64,000 nt of DNA. Origin: Candidatus Yaniella excrementavium. GTDB taxonomy: Bacteria > Actinomycetota > Actinomycetes > Actinomycetales > Micrococcaceae. Below are positions 23,776 to 34,530 of the stretch, one piece after another; position 1 is the stretch's first letter, and each line of letters starts with the position of its first letter. A program made the translations under genes and the position numbers. The stretch covers positions 26,057-90,056 of the forward strand of contig DXCT01000005.1 of NCBI GenBank assembly GCA_019115865.1, given 5' to 3'. The notes beneath the pieces were generated by a model. That model did not search any database, was not told where the DNA came from, and saw only the letters and a program-made list of their open reading frames with translations.

Positions 23776-23849
23776 GCACTACAACCTTCACAAAATACAA
23801 CCGGTAGTATTATCCACGATACAGGCCATACTCTACCCTGGAGGACCCG

Positions 23850-25469
23850 TTGACCAACCCCGAACGCACTGGTGAAAACCTGGGTGTCACTACCCCGGAC
23901 ATCACTACGACGGCTGGCAAACTTGAAGACTATTTCCATCGGCGCGAAGCAGCACTCTTGCCGACTGGACAAGGACCCGTTGACCGCCAACACTCCCGGG
24001 GCAAAAACACTGCGCGAGAGCGTATTGACGCCTTGCTCGACGACGAATCCTTTGTCGAATTCGACCAATTGCGAACCCACCGCACGACCGCCTTCGGTAT
24101 GGAAGCCCGTCATCCCGAAGGGGACGGCGTCGTTGCAGGTTACGGCACGATAGATGGACGTAATGTTGCCGTCTTTGCACAAGATTTCACAGTCTTTGGT
24201 GGCTCCTTATCGAAGGTCAACGGCGAGAAAATTGTCAAAACCCAAGAATTTGCCGCAACCAATGGCTTTCCATTGATCGCTATCAATGACGGCGGTGGCG
24301 CCCGCATCCAAGAAGGTGTGGATTCACTGGCCATGTTTGCTGATATCTTTCGCAATAATGTGATGGCTTCTGGTGTCGTCCCGCAGATCTCTATCATTAT
24401 GGGGCCTGCTGCCGGCGGCGCAGCGTATTCGCCAGCGCTAACCGACTTCGTGGTCATGGTCGATCAGACATCGCACATGTTTATTACCGGCCCAGATGTC
24501 ATCAAATCTGTGACCGGTGAAGAAGTCGATATGGAAACCCTTGGTGGCGCACGACAGCACAACGAGACCTCGGGTACAGCCGCGTATATGGCAGCTGATG
24601 AACAGGATGCCTTCGACTGGGTCTCTGAACTGCTGGATTATTTGCCAGCCCACAACTTCATTACCCAACAAGCCACATTCCAGCAAGATCTCGACACTAC
24701 CGTTGACGATCTGGCACTGGACACCATCATCCCGGACTCAGCCAATCAGCCGTATGACATGCTGGAGGTCGTTGCCACCATCCTTGATGACGGCGCGTTC
24801 CTACAGGTCCAAGAACGCTACGCACCCAACGTCATTGTTGGGTTGGGACGCGTCGAAGGACAGACCGTCGGGGTAGTAGCCAACCAGCCTTCGCAGTTAG
24901 CTGGCACCTTAGATATCGCGGCTTCCGAAAAAGCAGCCCGGTTCGTACGCTTCTGCGATGCCTTCAATGTTCCAATTGTGACGCTGGTTGATGTCCCTGG
25001 CTTCCTCCCGGGCGTAGACCAAGAGCATTCCGGCATTATTCGCCGTGGTGCCAAGCTCATTTATGCCTACGCTGAGGCCACCGTTCCAAAAGTCACCATC
25101 ATCACACGCAAAGCCTTTGGTGGCGCATACATTGTGATGGGTTCCAAGAAACTCGGTGCCGATGTCAACCTAGCCTGGCCGACCGCGCAGATTGGTGTCA
25201 TGGGAGCCCAGGGGGCTGTCAATATTCTGTATCGTCGCGACCTCATCGCCACTGAAGAGGCCGGAAACGATGTTGAAGCACGTCGTACAGAATTGATCGA
25301 AGACTATGAAACGGCACTGCTCAATCCGTATGAAGCAGCAAACTCTGGCTACATTGACGCGGTCATTGCCCCGTCGGAGACTCGGGCACAGGTGATTCGC
25401 GCGCTTCGCGCAACCGCCGCAAAACGGCAATCTCGTCCCGCAAAGAAGCATGGAAATATCCCCCTATGA
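23850..25469 (+). CDS. accD: Acyl-CoA carboxylase carboxyltransferase (beta) subunit
   Basis: [45 protein letters not shown]. Confidence 0.94.
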   Translation: MTNPERTGENLGVTTPDITTTAGKLEDYFHRREAALLPTGQGPVDRQHSRGKNTARERIDALLDDESFVEFDQLRTHRTTAFGMEARHPEGDGVVAGYGTIDGRNVAVFAQDFTVFGGSLSKVNGEKIVKTQEFAATNGFPLIAINDGGGARIQEGVDSLAMFADIFRNNVMASGVVPQISIIMGPAAGGAAYSPALTDFVVMVDQTSHMFITGPDVIKSVTGEEVDMETLGGARQHNETSGTAAYMAADEQDAFDWVSELLDYLPAHNFITQQATFQQDLDTTVDDLALDTIIPDSANQPYDMLEVVATILDDGAFLQVQERYAPNVIVGLGRVEGQTVGVVANQPSQLAGTLDIAASEKAARFVRFCDAFNVPIVTLVDVPGFLPGVDQEHSGIIRRGAKLIYAYAEATVPKVTIITRKAFGGAYIVMGSKKLGADVNLAWPTAQIGVMGAQGAVNILYRRDLIATEEAGNDVEARRTELIEDYETALLNPYEAANSGYIDAVIAPSETRAQVIRALRATAAKRQSRPAKKHGNIPL

Positions 25470-25672
25470 CCTCACAACCTGAATCCACCGGCATCAGAGT
25501 CCAGGGCACAGACCTATCCGAGGAAGAAACCGCCGCTCTATTGACGGTCGTCAACACACAACTGATCGATGCACCCAGGCAACAGTCAACCGTTGATGCT
25601 GCAGCGCGTCGTCGGATCACTTCAACCTGGGCTGATTCGGCTTCCTGGCAACCGTTGTCTCGAGGTCACTAG
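25466..25672 (+). CDS. accE: Acyl-CoA carboxylase epsilon subunit
   Basis: Small ORF with ATGA overlap after accD; [11 protein letters not shown] helix and C-terminal Trp residues. Confidence 0.75.
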   Translation: MTSQPESTGIRVQGTDLSEEETAALLTVVNTQLIDAPRQQSTVDAAARRRITSTWADSASWQPLSRGH

Positions 25673-25782
25673 GTCCCCGGCGTTCAGCCGCCAACACCCC
25701 ACCATAAGAACTCAGGCAGATCGCAATCACCGATCAATGCCGTGCAAGCTATGGGTTTGGACACACTACAGAAAGCACTTCG

Positions 25783-26418
25783 ATGAGCGTTACGATTTTG
25801 CTCGGCTCTGCCTCGACGGCTCGCGCCGCGATTTTAACCCGCGCTGGCGTTCCCTTTACCCAACTGGCTGCCGATATTGATGAAGCAGCCCTGGTCACCA
25901 ACATCCCAGAGCCCAGAGTGCAGGCACAAGCGTTAGCCACCGCAAAAGCTCATGCTGTTGCGGACAGACTACTGCGCGACCGCAAGCCCCAAGATCCCAC
26001 CTACGTCATCGCAGCCGATTCCGTCTTTGAGTTCGAAGGTCAAGCCCATGGTAAACCGCGTCACCCCGAGGTTGCGGTCGAACGTTGGCACGCGCAGCGC
26101 GGTAAATCCGGCATTTTGCACAGCGGCCACACCGTCATCGCCATACTCGGCGGCCGTAAACAACGCATTTTGCAAGAGATAGTCAGTGCCACGGTGGCGT
26201 TCGCTGACGTCAGCGACTCCGTCATTGACGACTACGTAGCCACCGGTGAGCCGCTATTTGTCGCAGGAGGGTTCACCCTTGAAGGCCACGGCGCCACCAT
26301 GATTGCAGGGGTTGATGGTGACCCAAACGCTGTCCTTGGGCTTTCACTGCGAGCGGTGCGCGACATGCTGGATCGACTCGGGGTGTCCATGACCGCGCTC
26401 TGGACTGCCACCGAATAG
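25783..26418 (+). CDS. maf: Maf family nucleotide pyrophosphatase
   Basis: LGSASTAR, IDE, IAADSV, GKP, YVATGEP, AGGF, VLGL. Confidence 0.9.
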   Translation: MSVTILLGSASTARAAILTRAGVPFTQLAADIDEAALVTNIPEPRVQAQALATAKAHAVADRLLRDRKPQDPTYVIAADSVFEFEGQAHGKPRHPEVAVERWHAQRGKSGILHSGHTVIAILGGRKQRILQEIVSATVAFADVSDSVIDDYVATGEPLFVAGGFTLEGHGATMIAGVDGDPNAVLGLSLRAVRDMLDRLGVSMTALWTATE

Positions 26419-26425
26419 CACACAT

Positions 26426-26446
26426 TTTTGTAGGTTTCCTACAACA
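26426..26446. promoter_or_regulatory. Palindromic operator upstream of accA (MabR/FasR-like)
   Basis: TTTTGT-AGGTTTCCT-ACAACA; perfect core TTGTAGG-ttt-CCTACAA. Confidence 0.65.
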
Positions 26447-26588
26447 TATCGGACATTTTGGCGGCTCACGGTGCGTCCTTCTGTATGTTTCCCACTGATA
26501 CGTCCTAAGCTGCTTTAGATGGCTTCGATGAGCATAGCTTCATCGAGGATCATCCGGGTCCGCGTCCCAACCAAGGAGAACAGTTTCT

Positions 26589-28430
26589 ATGTCCATGACC
26601 ACTGCGTCATCCTCGATGGTCTACCGATCGTTTTCGAAGGTATTGATCGCCAATCGAGGTGAAATCGCGGTCCGCATTATCCGAGCCGCGCAAGATGAGG
26701 GGCTCGAGGCAGTTGCCATCTATGCGAATCCGGATCGCGACGCGATGCATGTGCGCTTGGCCGATCACGCTTTCTCACTAAACGGTGACACGGTCGCCGA
26801 TACCTATCTATCAGTAGATAAGGTGCTCCGGGCGGCTCAGGATGCCGGTGCCGACGCCATTCACCCAGGCTATGGCTTTTTGGCAGAAAATGCCGAGTTC
26901 GCTCAAGCTGTTATCGATGCCGGAATCATCTGGATTGGTCCTCCTCCTGCGGCCATTAATGCACTGGGCGATAAGGTAGCAGCCCGCCACATTGCCCATA
27001 AAGTTGGTGCTCCCCTCGCCCCCGGAACACCAGACCCCGTCGAGTCATCTCAAGACGTCATCGACTTTGCCGACGAGTTCGGTCTCCCGTTGGCTATCAA
27101 AGCCGCTCATGGCGGAGGCGGCCGTGGAATTAAGGTGGTTCGCCAACGGTCCGAAATTCCAGATGCTTATGACTCCGCAGTCCGTGAGGCCACGGCCGCA
27201 TTTGGCCGAGGCGAATGCTTCGTAGAACGCTTCCTCGATGCTCCACGGCACCTGGAGACACAATGCCTCGCGGATCAAGATGGTAACGTAGTCGTGGTCT
27301 CCACTCGAGACTGTTCACTGCAGCGGCGCAACCAGAAACTAGTTGAAGAAGCTCCCGCTCCGTTCCTGAGCGACGATCAAGAACAACAGCTCTATGATGC
27401 ATCCGTGGCACTGCTCCAAGAAGCCGGTTATGTTGGCGCGGGAACCTGCGAGTTTTTAATCGGCCAAGACGGCACCATCTCCTTTTTGGAGGTCAACACT
27501 CGTTTGCAGGTCGAACACACGGTTTCCGAAGAAGTCACAGGTATCGACCTCGTGCGCGAACAGTTCCGTATTGCACGCGGTGAACTCCTCGGATACGACC
27601 ACCCCATAGTTGACGGGCATTCCTTTGAGTTCCGTATTACAGCAGAGGATCCAGGTCAAAACTTCATGCCGGCCCCGGGAACCATCACCAAGATGCGTTT
27701 ACCCGGCGGGCCCGGTGTACGAATCGACACCGGTATCGAAGAAGGCGAGACTATCTCCGGGGCATTCGACTCGATGGTCGCCAAACTGATTGTCACTGGC
27801 AAAAACCGCAAGGAAGCTCTCCAACGGTCACACCGCGCGTTGACAGAGATGCGTATTGCCGGACTCGCGACCGTCTTGCCTTTCCACCGCCGTGTGATAC
27901 AGGACCCCAACTTTGCACCAGAACTTGATCAACCAGGCCAGAAATTGCCTGCCGATGGTCCTTTTACCGTGCATACTCGTTGGATCGAAACCGACTTCAT
28001 TAATGATCTGCAACCGCAGGTGACCCAGTCCGCCATGGATGCAGAAGTTGAGCAGGAACGTCGCGTGGTCACGGTTGAAGTCAACGGGAAACGCGTTGAG
28101 GTAACACTACCTGACTCGTTGGCGGGTATTTCCGCGGTTGAGTCTAAACCCAAACGTCGACGTACGCCACGCAGCGCTACCGGTGCAAACGGTGGCAACG
28201 CTGCGGGGGCTTCTGGTGACATCGTGACTTCCCCGATGCAAGGCACCATCGTAAAGATGGGTGCCGCAGTAGGCGATGAAGTTTCGGTCGGAGACCTCAT
28301 CCTGGTACTGGAAGCAATGAAGATGGAACAACCCATTACCGCGCACAAAGCTGGTACGATCACGGAGCTTAGCGCCGAACCGGGTGCCACCGTCAACGCC
28401 GGAGCCGCACTCGCCACTATCGAAGGGTAA
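26589..28430 (+). CDS. accA: Biotin carboxylase / biotin carboxyl carrier protein (acyl-CoA carboxylase alpha)
   Basis: [40 protein letters not shown]. Confidence 0.95.
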   Translation: MSMTTASSSMVYRSFSKVLIANRGEIAVRIIRAAQDEGLEAVAIYANPDRDAMHVRLADHAFSLNGDTVADTYLSVDKVLRAAQDAGADAIHPGYGFLAENAEFAQAVIDAGIIWIGPPPAAINALGDKVAARHIAHKVGAPLAPGTPDPVESSQDVIDFADEFGLPLAIKAAHGGGGRGIKVVRQRSEIPDAYDSAVREATAAFGRGECFVERFLDAPRHLETQCLADQDGNVVVVSTRDCSLQRRNQKLVEEAPAPFLSDDQEQQLYDASVALLQEAGYVGAGTCEFLIGQDGTISFLEVNTRLQVEHTVSEEVTGIDLVREQFRIARGELLGYDHPIVDGHSFEFRITAEDPGQNFMPAPGTITKMRLPGGPGVRIDTGIEEGETISGAFDSMVAKLIVTGKNRKEALQRSHRALTEMRIAGLATVLPFHRRVIQDPNFAPELDQPGQKLPADGPFTVHTRWIETDFINDLQPQVTQSAMDAEVEQERRVVTVEVNGKRVEVTLPDSLAGISAVESKPKRRRTPRSATGANGGNAAGASGDIVTSPMQGTIVKMGAAVGDEVSVGDLILVLEAMKMEQPITAHKAGTITELSAEPGATVNAGAALATIEG

Positions 28431-28444
28431 CACTTCGCTCACCT

Positions 28445-28474
28445 TTGACGGCTAACTCATCCGCCCTATACACT
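28445..28474 (+). promoter_or_regulatory. SigA-type promoter for MFS gene
   Basis: TTGACG-N18-TACACT. Confidence 0.5.
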
Positions 28475-28560
28475 TAGGTTGTTTTCACAGGTGACGTCCA
28501 GGTCACAATACTCCGGACGTCACCTGCATTGTTTCCATAACCATCAGGAAAGTACTCTCG

Positions 28561-29973
28561 ATGTCAACGCAACCCACAGAGACTTCGCATGGTGTTAAGG
28601 ATGAGGATCTGGGCGTAGCCCGGTGGAAAATCATCCTGGCCTCGGTAGTAGGCACCACCATCGAATTTTATGACTTTTATATTTACGCTACGGCGGCTGT
28701 CTCCGTCTTCCCCCTCATCTTCTTCCCGGGCGGAGATGCCCAAACCGCTCTCTTAGCATCTATGGCTACCTTCGGCGCAGCCTTCGTTGCTCGCCCGCTA
28801 GGCTCCGTAATATTCGGGCACATGGGTGACCGAATCGGCCGTAAAGCAACCCTCATCGGTGCCCTACTCACCATGGGGATCGCGACCTTCATTATTGGAC
28901 TCCTGCCCACGTACTTCCAGATCGGCCTCTGGGCCCCTGCGATGTTGACCATCATGCGATTCTGTCAAGGTCTTGGCCTCGGTGGCGAATGGTCCGGAGC
29001 AGCCCTGCTGGTCACAGAAACCGCCAAACCGGGTAAACGTGCCTCCGCCGCCATGTGGCCTCAGCTCGGTGCACCCTTTGGGTTCCTGCTAGCCAATGGC
29101 TTTTTCCTTATTCTTACGGTGTCCTTTGGTTATGATTCCGCCGCGCACGGCGCGGACCATGTCTTTATCGACTGGGTATGGCGCGTACCGTTCTTGGCTT
29201 CCATCGTGATGGTTGCCATCGGTCTGTGGGTACGTCTGGCGCTAGAAGAAACGCCGGTGTTCAAACAAGCTGTCGCCAAAGATGAGCGCGTGAAGGCACC
29301 CCTGAAAGATGTCTTTGCCAAAAACTGGTGGGAACTGATCTTGGGGACCTTCATCATGTACGCGACATACGTACTCTTCTACCTCATGACCACGTGGGTG
29401 CTGTCCTACGCGATTGGTTCTGCAGACACCGGTGGACTCGGAACCTCTTATAATGACTTCTTGGTCATTCAGTTGATCTCAATCCTGTTCTTTGCAGCGT
29501 TCGTTCCGATTTCCGGGTTCCTTGCCGATAAGTTTGGCCGCAAACCAACCATGCTGGTCATTACTGCGCTGATGATTGTGTTTGGGTTGCTCTTTGGATG
29601 GTGGCTCAACGCCGACGTCATTGTCAGCGACGACGGAACCATGAACGCCACACGGATGATTGTATTCATGATCGTTGGAATGTCTCTGATGGGCCTCACG
29701 TTTGGACCCATGTCAGCCATCCTGCCAGAACTATTCCCAACCGAAACCCGGTATACCGGTTCTGGGATTGCCTACAACGTATCCTCCATTTTGGGTGCAG
29801 CACTGACTCCATTCATTGCAGCCTGGCTGATGGGTACCTTCGATGTCGCATATGTTGGGTATTACTTAGCTGCGGCCTCAGCCATCACCTTGATCTTCTT
29901 GGCCTTGAGCCCAGAAACGAAATACCGTTCGCTCGCGGATTTCAAAGTAGATGAGGTCCAGCGTCAACGCTAG
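28561..29973 (+). CDS. MFS transporter, metabolite:H+ symporter (MHS) family
   Basis: GTTIEFYDF, GDRIGRK, QGLGLGGEWSGA, ELFPT. Confidence 0.9.
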   Translation: MSTQPTETSHGVKDEDLGVARWKIILASVVGTTIEFYDFYIYATAAVSVFPLIFFPGGDAQTALLASMATFGAAFVARPLGSVIFGHMGDRIGRKATLIGALLTMGIATFIIGLLPTYFQIGLWAPAMLTIMRFCQGLGLGGEWSGAALLVTETAKPGKRASAAMWPQLGAPFGFLLANGFFLILTVSFGYDSAAHGADHVFIDWVWRVPFLASIVMVAIGLWVRLALEETPVFKQAVAKDERVKAPLKDVFAKNWWELILGTFIMYATYVLFYLMTTWVLSYAIGSADTGGLGTSYNDFLVIQLISILFFAAFVPISGFLADKFGRKPTMLVITALMIVFGLLFGWWLNADVIVSDDGTMNATRMIVFMIVGMSLMGLTFGPMSAILPELFPTETRYTGSGIAYNVSSILGAALTPFIAAWLMGTFDVAYVGYYLAAASAITLIFLALSPETKYRSLADFKVDEVQRQR

Positions 29974-30009
29974 AACAACAACGCACCGGTGATAAGCTCT
30001 CCGATGCGC

Positions 30010-30042
30010 AAGCCCGGGCACAGAAAAAGTGCCCGGGCTTTT
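30010..30042. terminator. Terminator between convergent genes
   Basis: AAGCCCGGGCAC / GTGCCCGGGCTT then TT. Confidence 0.8.
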
Positions 30043-30089
30043 GCTGCCCTACTAAACTGCAGAGCAAGCTGCGCTACAAGGAGTTGCTT

Positions 30090-32090
30090 CTAGCGCTGCG
30101 AGTAGTCTTGTGCATAATCCAGGTACCATTGCAGCACCGAGGGGTCGGCTGCAGTTTCTTTCGAAACCTTTTGAGCAGCCATCCCCTGTAGTACTCGTTT
30201 CACCGGAACTTCCATGAGCTTGCCGGTCTTTGTCATGGGCACCCCCGGTGCAATGATGATTTCATCCGGTACATACCGAGGTGACAGTTTATTGCGAATA
30301 GCTTGCACGACCTGCTCCTTGAGGTCCGCGGCGGAGATTTCTGGATCCGAGGGGACCACAAAGAGCGGCATATAATATTGGCCATCGTCCAACTCGGCGC
30401 CAATCACCATGGATGCAGAAACACTATCGAGAGCATCCACCACTTGATACAGGTCGCTGGAGCCCATGCGGATGCCACCCCGATTCAGGGTGGCATCGGA
30501 GCGTCCATGGATAACGAAAGACTGCCGAGCCGTTTGGGTGGCAAAGTCACCGTGATACCAAATGTGTGGATCCTCGGTGAAATACGCTGCTCGATAACGT
30601 GCACCGTCACGGTCGTTCCAGAAATACAACGGCATCGTTGGCATCGGTTTGGTGATGACGAGCTCGCCGACTTCCTCGGTCACCGGTTTGCCGGCTTCAT
30701 CGTAGACATCAGCAGCAACTCCCAGTGCCGGTCCCATCAATTCGTTGACATACACCGGGTCCAGCGGATTTGATCCGACAAACACCGAACACACATCAGT
30801 ACCACCGGAATCGGAACGCAATCGAAGATCAGACTTGACTGCTTGGTAGACCCAATGCCACGTGTGCGAAGGCAGCGGGGATGCAGAAACCAGTATGTCG
30901 GTGAGGTTCGAAAGATCGTAGTCAGTTTTGGGAACGAGACCAGAGTCCTGTACACCGGTGAGGATGGCTGCTCCGCAGCCAAAGAGCGCGACCCGTTCTT
31001 TTTCTAGGATTTCGAATTGTCTGCCCGGTCCGCCTGCGAAAACGCCACCCGAGTACGTGACTGATTTTGCACCGGTAATCAGGACCCCAACCAGCATGTT
31101 CCATAGCATCCACGTGGTCGACGTCGAAATATAGACGGCCTCGCCCTGCGGTACTTTGTAGTGCAGACCAAAGGATTTCGCGATTTCCAATACGGTGCCA
31201 CCTTGACTCTGGACGATACCTTTGGGGGTTCCAGTGGTACCAGATGAGTACAACACCCAGAGCGGATGGGAGAACTCAACGCGCTTAAATTCTGGTTGTC
31301 GGCCAGCAGCAACAATGTCACTGAATACCGCAGTCTCAATATTGTGCTGTGCAACGTGATGATCAACTGCTTCAAATGAACCCGTGTGGGTATTTTTGAC
31401 CAAGACGTGATGAGTGACCGAATCGAGTTCAGTTAGTAGGTCATCAAGGTCACCAATTTGGTCGCGAATTTTACCGCCAAGCTCCAGCCCATCGATGGTC
31501 ATCAATACTTTTGGCTGGAGTTGTTTGAACCTGGTGACAATACCTGGCACGCCAAAATCCACATTAACCACTGACCAAATAGCGCCAACCGCGGCGGTAC
31601 CTAGCAGCGCAACGATGGTCTGGGGAATATTGGGCAGTGCGGCTGCTACAACGTCCCCTTCCCCAACACCAATAGTGCGGAGATGATGGGCAAACGCCCC
31701 AACCTGTTCGTTGAGCTGTTGCCAGGTCAGTGTCGTCCGGTTGAGTGATTCATCAAGACCAACGATGGCTTCTTGGTCGCCCATTGTCTGTGCGTGGCGC
31801 AGAATGTTTTCGGCGTAATTAATTTTGGCACCCGCAGCCCAGCGAGCCTCTGGCATTTGACCTTGGATCATCGGTCCGGTCGGTTTATCACCGATAATGC
31901 CAAAGTACTCCCAGATTTCGGTCCAGAAAACCTCGAGCTCTTTCACCGACCAATTCCATAAGTCAAGGTAGGTTTCCATACTCAGGTTATGTTTGGTATT
32001 CATGTCCTGCATGAATTGGTACATCGCCGTGGCCTGAACATCATCAGTGTGTGGCTGCCACAGAATTTTTTCGCTCAATGTGTCTCCCAA
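30090..32090 (-). CDS. Acetoacetate--CoA ligase
   Basis: YSSGTTGTPKG, SGGTDVCS, WYHGDF, GRSDATLNRGGIRMGS, TGKLMEVPVK. Confidence 0.88.
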   Translation of the reverse strand: MGDTLSEKILWQPHTDDVQATAMYQFMQDMNTKHNLSMETYLDLWNWSVKELEVFWTEIWEYFGIIGDKPTGPMIQGQMPEARWAAGAKINYAENILRHAQTMGDQEAIVGLDESLNRTTLTWQQLNEQVGAFAHHLRTIGVGEGDVVAAALPNIPQTIVALLGTAAVGAIWSVVNVDFGVPGIVTRFKQLQPKVLMTIDGLELGGKIRDQIGDLDDLLTELDSVTHHVLVKNTHTGSFEAVDHHVAQHNIETAVFSDIVAAGRQPEFKRVEFSHPLWVLYSSGTTGTPKGIVQSQGGTVLEIAKSFGLHYKVPQGEAVYISTSTTWMLWNMLVGVLITGAKSVTYSGGVFAGGPGRQFEILEKERVALFGCGAAILTGVQDSGLVPKTDYDLSNLTDILVSASPLPSHTWHWVYQAVKSDLRLRSDSGGTDVCSVFVGSNPLDPVYVNELMGPALGVAADVYDEAGKPVTEEVGELVITKPMPTMPLYFWNDRDGARYRAAYFTEDPHIWYHGDFATQTARQSFVIHGRSDATLNRGGIRMGSSDLYQVVDALDSVSASMVIGAELDDGQYYMPLFVVPSDPEISAADLKEQVVQAIRNKLSPRYVPDEIIIAPGVPMTKTGKLMEVPVKRVLQGMAAQKVSKETAADPSVLQWYLDYAQDYSQR

Positions 32091-32161
32091 CTGCGTTCTG
32101 GCCGCTCGCCCTCTAAGTTAATCAGTATCAACCCAATGGGCAAGAAGCCACAACCTCATAG

Positions 32162-32177
32162 TGTAGTGGAGATCACA
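32162..32177. promoter_or_regulatory. CRP/GlxR-like site
   Basis: Minus strand TGTGA-tctcca-CTACA, 8/10 to TGTGA-N6-TCACA. Confidence 0.45.
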
Positions 32178-32195
32178 CCTACCTGAGAGTATTCG

Positions 32196-33602
32196 CTAAA
32201 ACTCTTCACGACGGTGCATCTGACGAGCAACTTCAGCGATAGTTCCGGTGAGCGAAGGATAGATAGTAAACGTATCTGCTAAATCATCGACATGCAGCTT
32301 ATGCGTTACCGCTAGCGACAACGCATAAATCAGGTCAGAAGCTTGTGGAGCGACCACTACTCCACCAACCACGTGACCCGAACCGCGGCGAGCGAAGATT
32401 TTGACGAACCCTTCATCTAGGTTCATCATCTTTGCGCGCGGATTCGTGGCCATCGGAATCATGTACTGATCAACCTGATACTCCCCAGTAGCGACCATTG
32501 CATCGGTGACGCCCACCGTAGCGATCTCTGGCGACGTGAAAATATTCGACGCGACCCGATTACTTGAGAAAGGCTTGACGACGTCACCAAGCAAATGATT
32601 CACAGCAATTCGTCCCTGCATTGCAGCAACGGAGGCTAAGGCCAAACGACCAGTACAGTCGCCAGCCGCATAAATGCCCGGCATAGACGTGCGTGAAACG
32701 GCATCGATTTTGATATGCCCGGATGCCGTGACATCTACGCCGACGTCTTCCAACCCAATACCCTCGGTGTTTGGGATCCCGCCGACTGCCAGAAGGCAGT
32801 GCGAGCCTTCAACGTAACCGCCACCAGACAGCTCCACTCGCACGCCGTCTTGAATTCTACTCACCGACTGTGCGCGAGTTCGTGAGATCACGTTGACACC
32901 AGCAGCTGAAAATGATTCCTCAAGCACTTTTGCGGCGTCCGGATCTTCACCCGGCAACAAGGTCTCGCGTGAGGACACCAATGTGACATTTGATCCCAGC
33001 AGCTGATAGGCCGAAGCGAATTCAGCACCGGTGACACCAGAGCCTACAACCACCAGATGTTCTGGCAGTTCTTCCATTGAGTAGAGTTGCTTCCAGTTAA
33101 AAATCCGCTCGCCGTCTGGTTTCGCAGTGTCCAATTCTCGGGGTGTGGCTCCCGTGGCAATGAGCACGGCATCAGAAGTGATGTGTTCGGTTTGGCCATC
33201 CATCGTGGTGGCTTCAACAACATTGCGATCAATCAGCTTGGCTTCGCCGATAACAATTCGCACTCCGTTAGCCTGCAGCGCGTGGCGAATGTCCTCGGAC
33301 TGCTCAGTAGCCAAACGCAACAGCCGACGATCGATACGTTCCATATTGGAACGCACGGACTCGGCATCAAACTCCAGCCCCAGGGATGGTGCTCGCAAGA
33401 CACGCCTGCGTGAGTCAGCGGAAGCAATCAATGTCTTGGAGGGGACCACATCGGTTAGTACCGCGGAACCACCGATGCCGTTGCGTTCGATGATGGTGAC
33501 ATCGGAACCAAATTTCGAGGCCACAAGTGCAGCTTCATAACCGCCGGGACCGCCGCCGATAATAGTGATGGAGGGACGAGGGACAATTTCTAAAGTGCTC
33601 AC
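32196..33602 (-). CDS. lpdA: NAD(P)H-quinone dehydrogenase (mycobacterial LpdA-like flavoprotein)
   Basis: GGGPGG, GGSAVLTDVVPSK lacking the redox CxxxxC, GSGVTGAE, YPS in place of HPT; divergent from punA. Confidence 0.85.
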   Translation of the reverse strand: MSTLEIVPRPSITIIGGGPGGYEAALVASKFGSDVTIIERNGIGGSAVLTDVVPSKTLIASADSRRRVLRAPSLGLEFDAESVRSNMERIDRRLLRLATEQSEDIRHALQANGVRIVIGEAKLIDRNVVEATTMDGQTEHITSDAVLIATGATPRELDTAKPDGERIFNWKQLYSMEELPEHLVVVGSGVTGAEFASAYQLLGSNVTLVSSRETLLPGEDPDAAKVLEESFSAAGVNVISRTRAQSVSRIQDGVRVELSGGGYVEGSHCLLAVGGIPNTEGIGLEDVGVDVTASGHIKIDAVSRTSMPGIYAAGDCTGRLALASVAAMQGRIAVNHLLGDVVKPFSSNRVASNIFTSPEIATVGVTDAMVATGEYQVDQYMIPMATNPRAKMMNLDEGFVKIFARRGSGHVVGGVVVAPQASDLIYALSLAVTHKLHVDDLADTFTIYPSLTGTIAEVARQMHRREEF

Positions 33603-33701
33603 GCATCTATTGTGGTCTGTTTTACCGCAGAATGCACAATCCCTACGGCGTTTCGAGTTGTATTCCACGAGTTATTGCCTCATGGCGATACAGTAGGGGC
33701 T

Positions 33702-34529
33702 GTGAGCGATACAAACTTGTTTTTACTCGGTGATCATGCCGGATTCGACCTGGCCCGGCAGGCAGCTGAAGTCCTTACCGAATATTTCGGGGTAGCACGA
33801 CATGACCTAGGTGTCGTATTAGGCTCCGGTTGGGCCCACACCGTCGATACCCTGGGTGAAGTCAACGGTGAGCTATCGTTTTCTGCTGTTCCCGGGCTCG
33901 GTGGCGATGGGGTGGCCGGCCACGTGCAGAAGGTTACTTCTGTTCGCCTTGCCAATGGGAAAAATGTTCTAGTCTTTGGGTCCCGCACGCATTATTACGC
34001 GCACCGTGATGTGCAAGCAGTTGCCCACGTAGTGCGCACGATTGCCGCAGCGGGCGCGTCCGCTGTCGTACTGACGAATGGCTGTGGAGGTTTGGACGAC
34101 CAGGTCGCACCGGGCACGCCGGTGTTGATATCTGACCACATCAACCTCACGGGCACCACCCCCCTGGTCGGACCTGAATTTGTTGATCTGACTGATGCCT
34201 ATGCACCACGGCTACGACAGATTGCCAAGCAAGTGGATCCCAGCCTCACCGAGGGCGTGTACGTACAATTTGCTGGCCCCCAGTATGAGACACCTGCTGA
34301 GGTTCAGATGGCAGCTAAACTCGGTGGTGACCTAGTGGGCATGTCGACTGCTCTGGATACCATCGCAGCCCGCCATGCTGGACTCGAAGTCCTAGGAATT
34401 TCTCTGGTGACTAACGCTGGCGCAGGCGTCACCGATGCCCCGCTATCTCATGAAGATGTCATCGCGGCTGGCAAATCTGCAGCTCCTAAGGTCTCACAAT
34501 TATTGGCCGACATCATTCAGGCAATCTAG
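33702..34529 (+). CDS. punA: Purine-nucleoside phosphorylase (trimeric type)
   Basis: VLGSGW, RTHYY, LTNGCG, GPQYETPAE, VGMST, LVTN. Confidence 0.92.
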   Translation: MSDTNLFLLGDHAGFDLARQAAEVLTEYFGVARHDLGVVLGSGWAHTVDTLGEVNGELSFSAVPGLGGDGVAGHVQKVTSVRLANGKNVLVFGSRTHYYAHRDVQAVAHVVRTIAAAGASAVVLTNGCGGLDDQVAPGTPVLISDHINLTGTTPLVGPEFVDLTDAYAPRLRQIAKQVDPSLTEGVYVQFAGPQYETPAEVQMAAKLGGDLVGMSTALDTIAARHAGLEVLGISLVTNAGAGVTDAPLSHEDVIAAGKSAAPKVSQLLADIIQAI

Positions 34530-34530
34530 T

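Noticed and set aside
32196-33602. Dihydrolipoamide dehydrogenase-like protein lacking the redox disulfide as a novel dead enzyme
   Set aside because: Matches the known actinobacterial LpdA-type NAD(P)H-quinone reductase, which lacks the CxxxxC and His-Glu pair and sits beside punA
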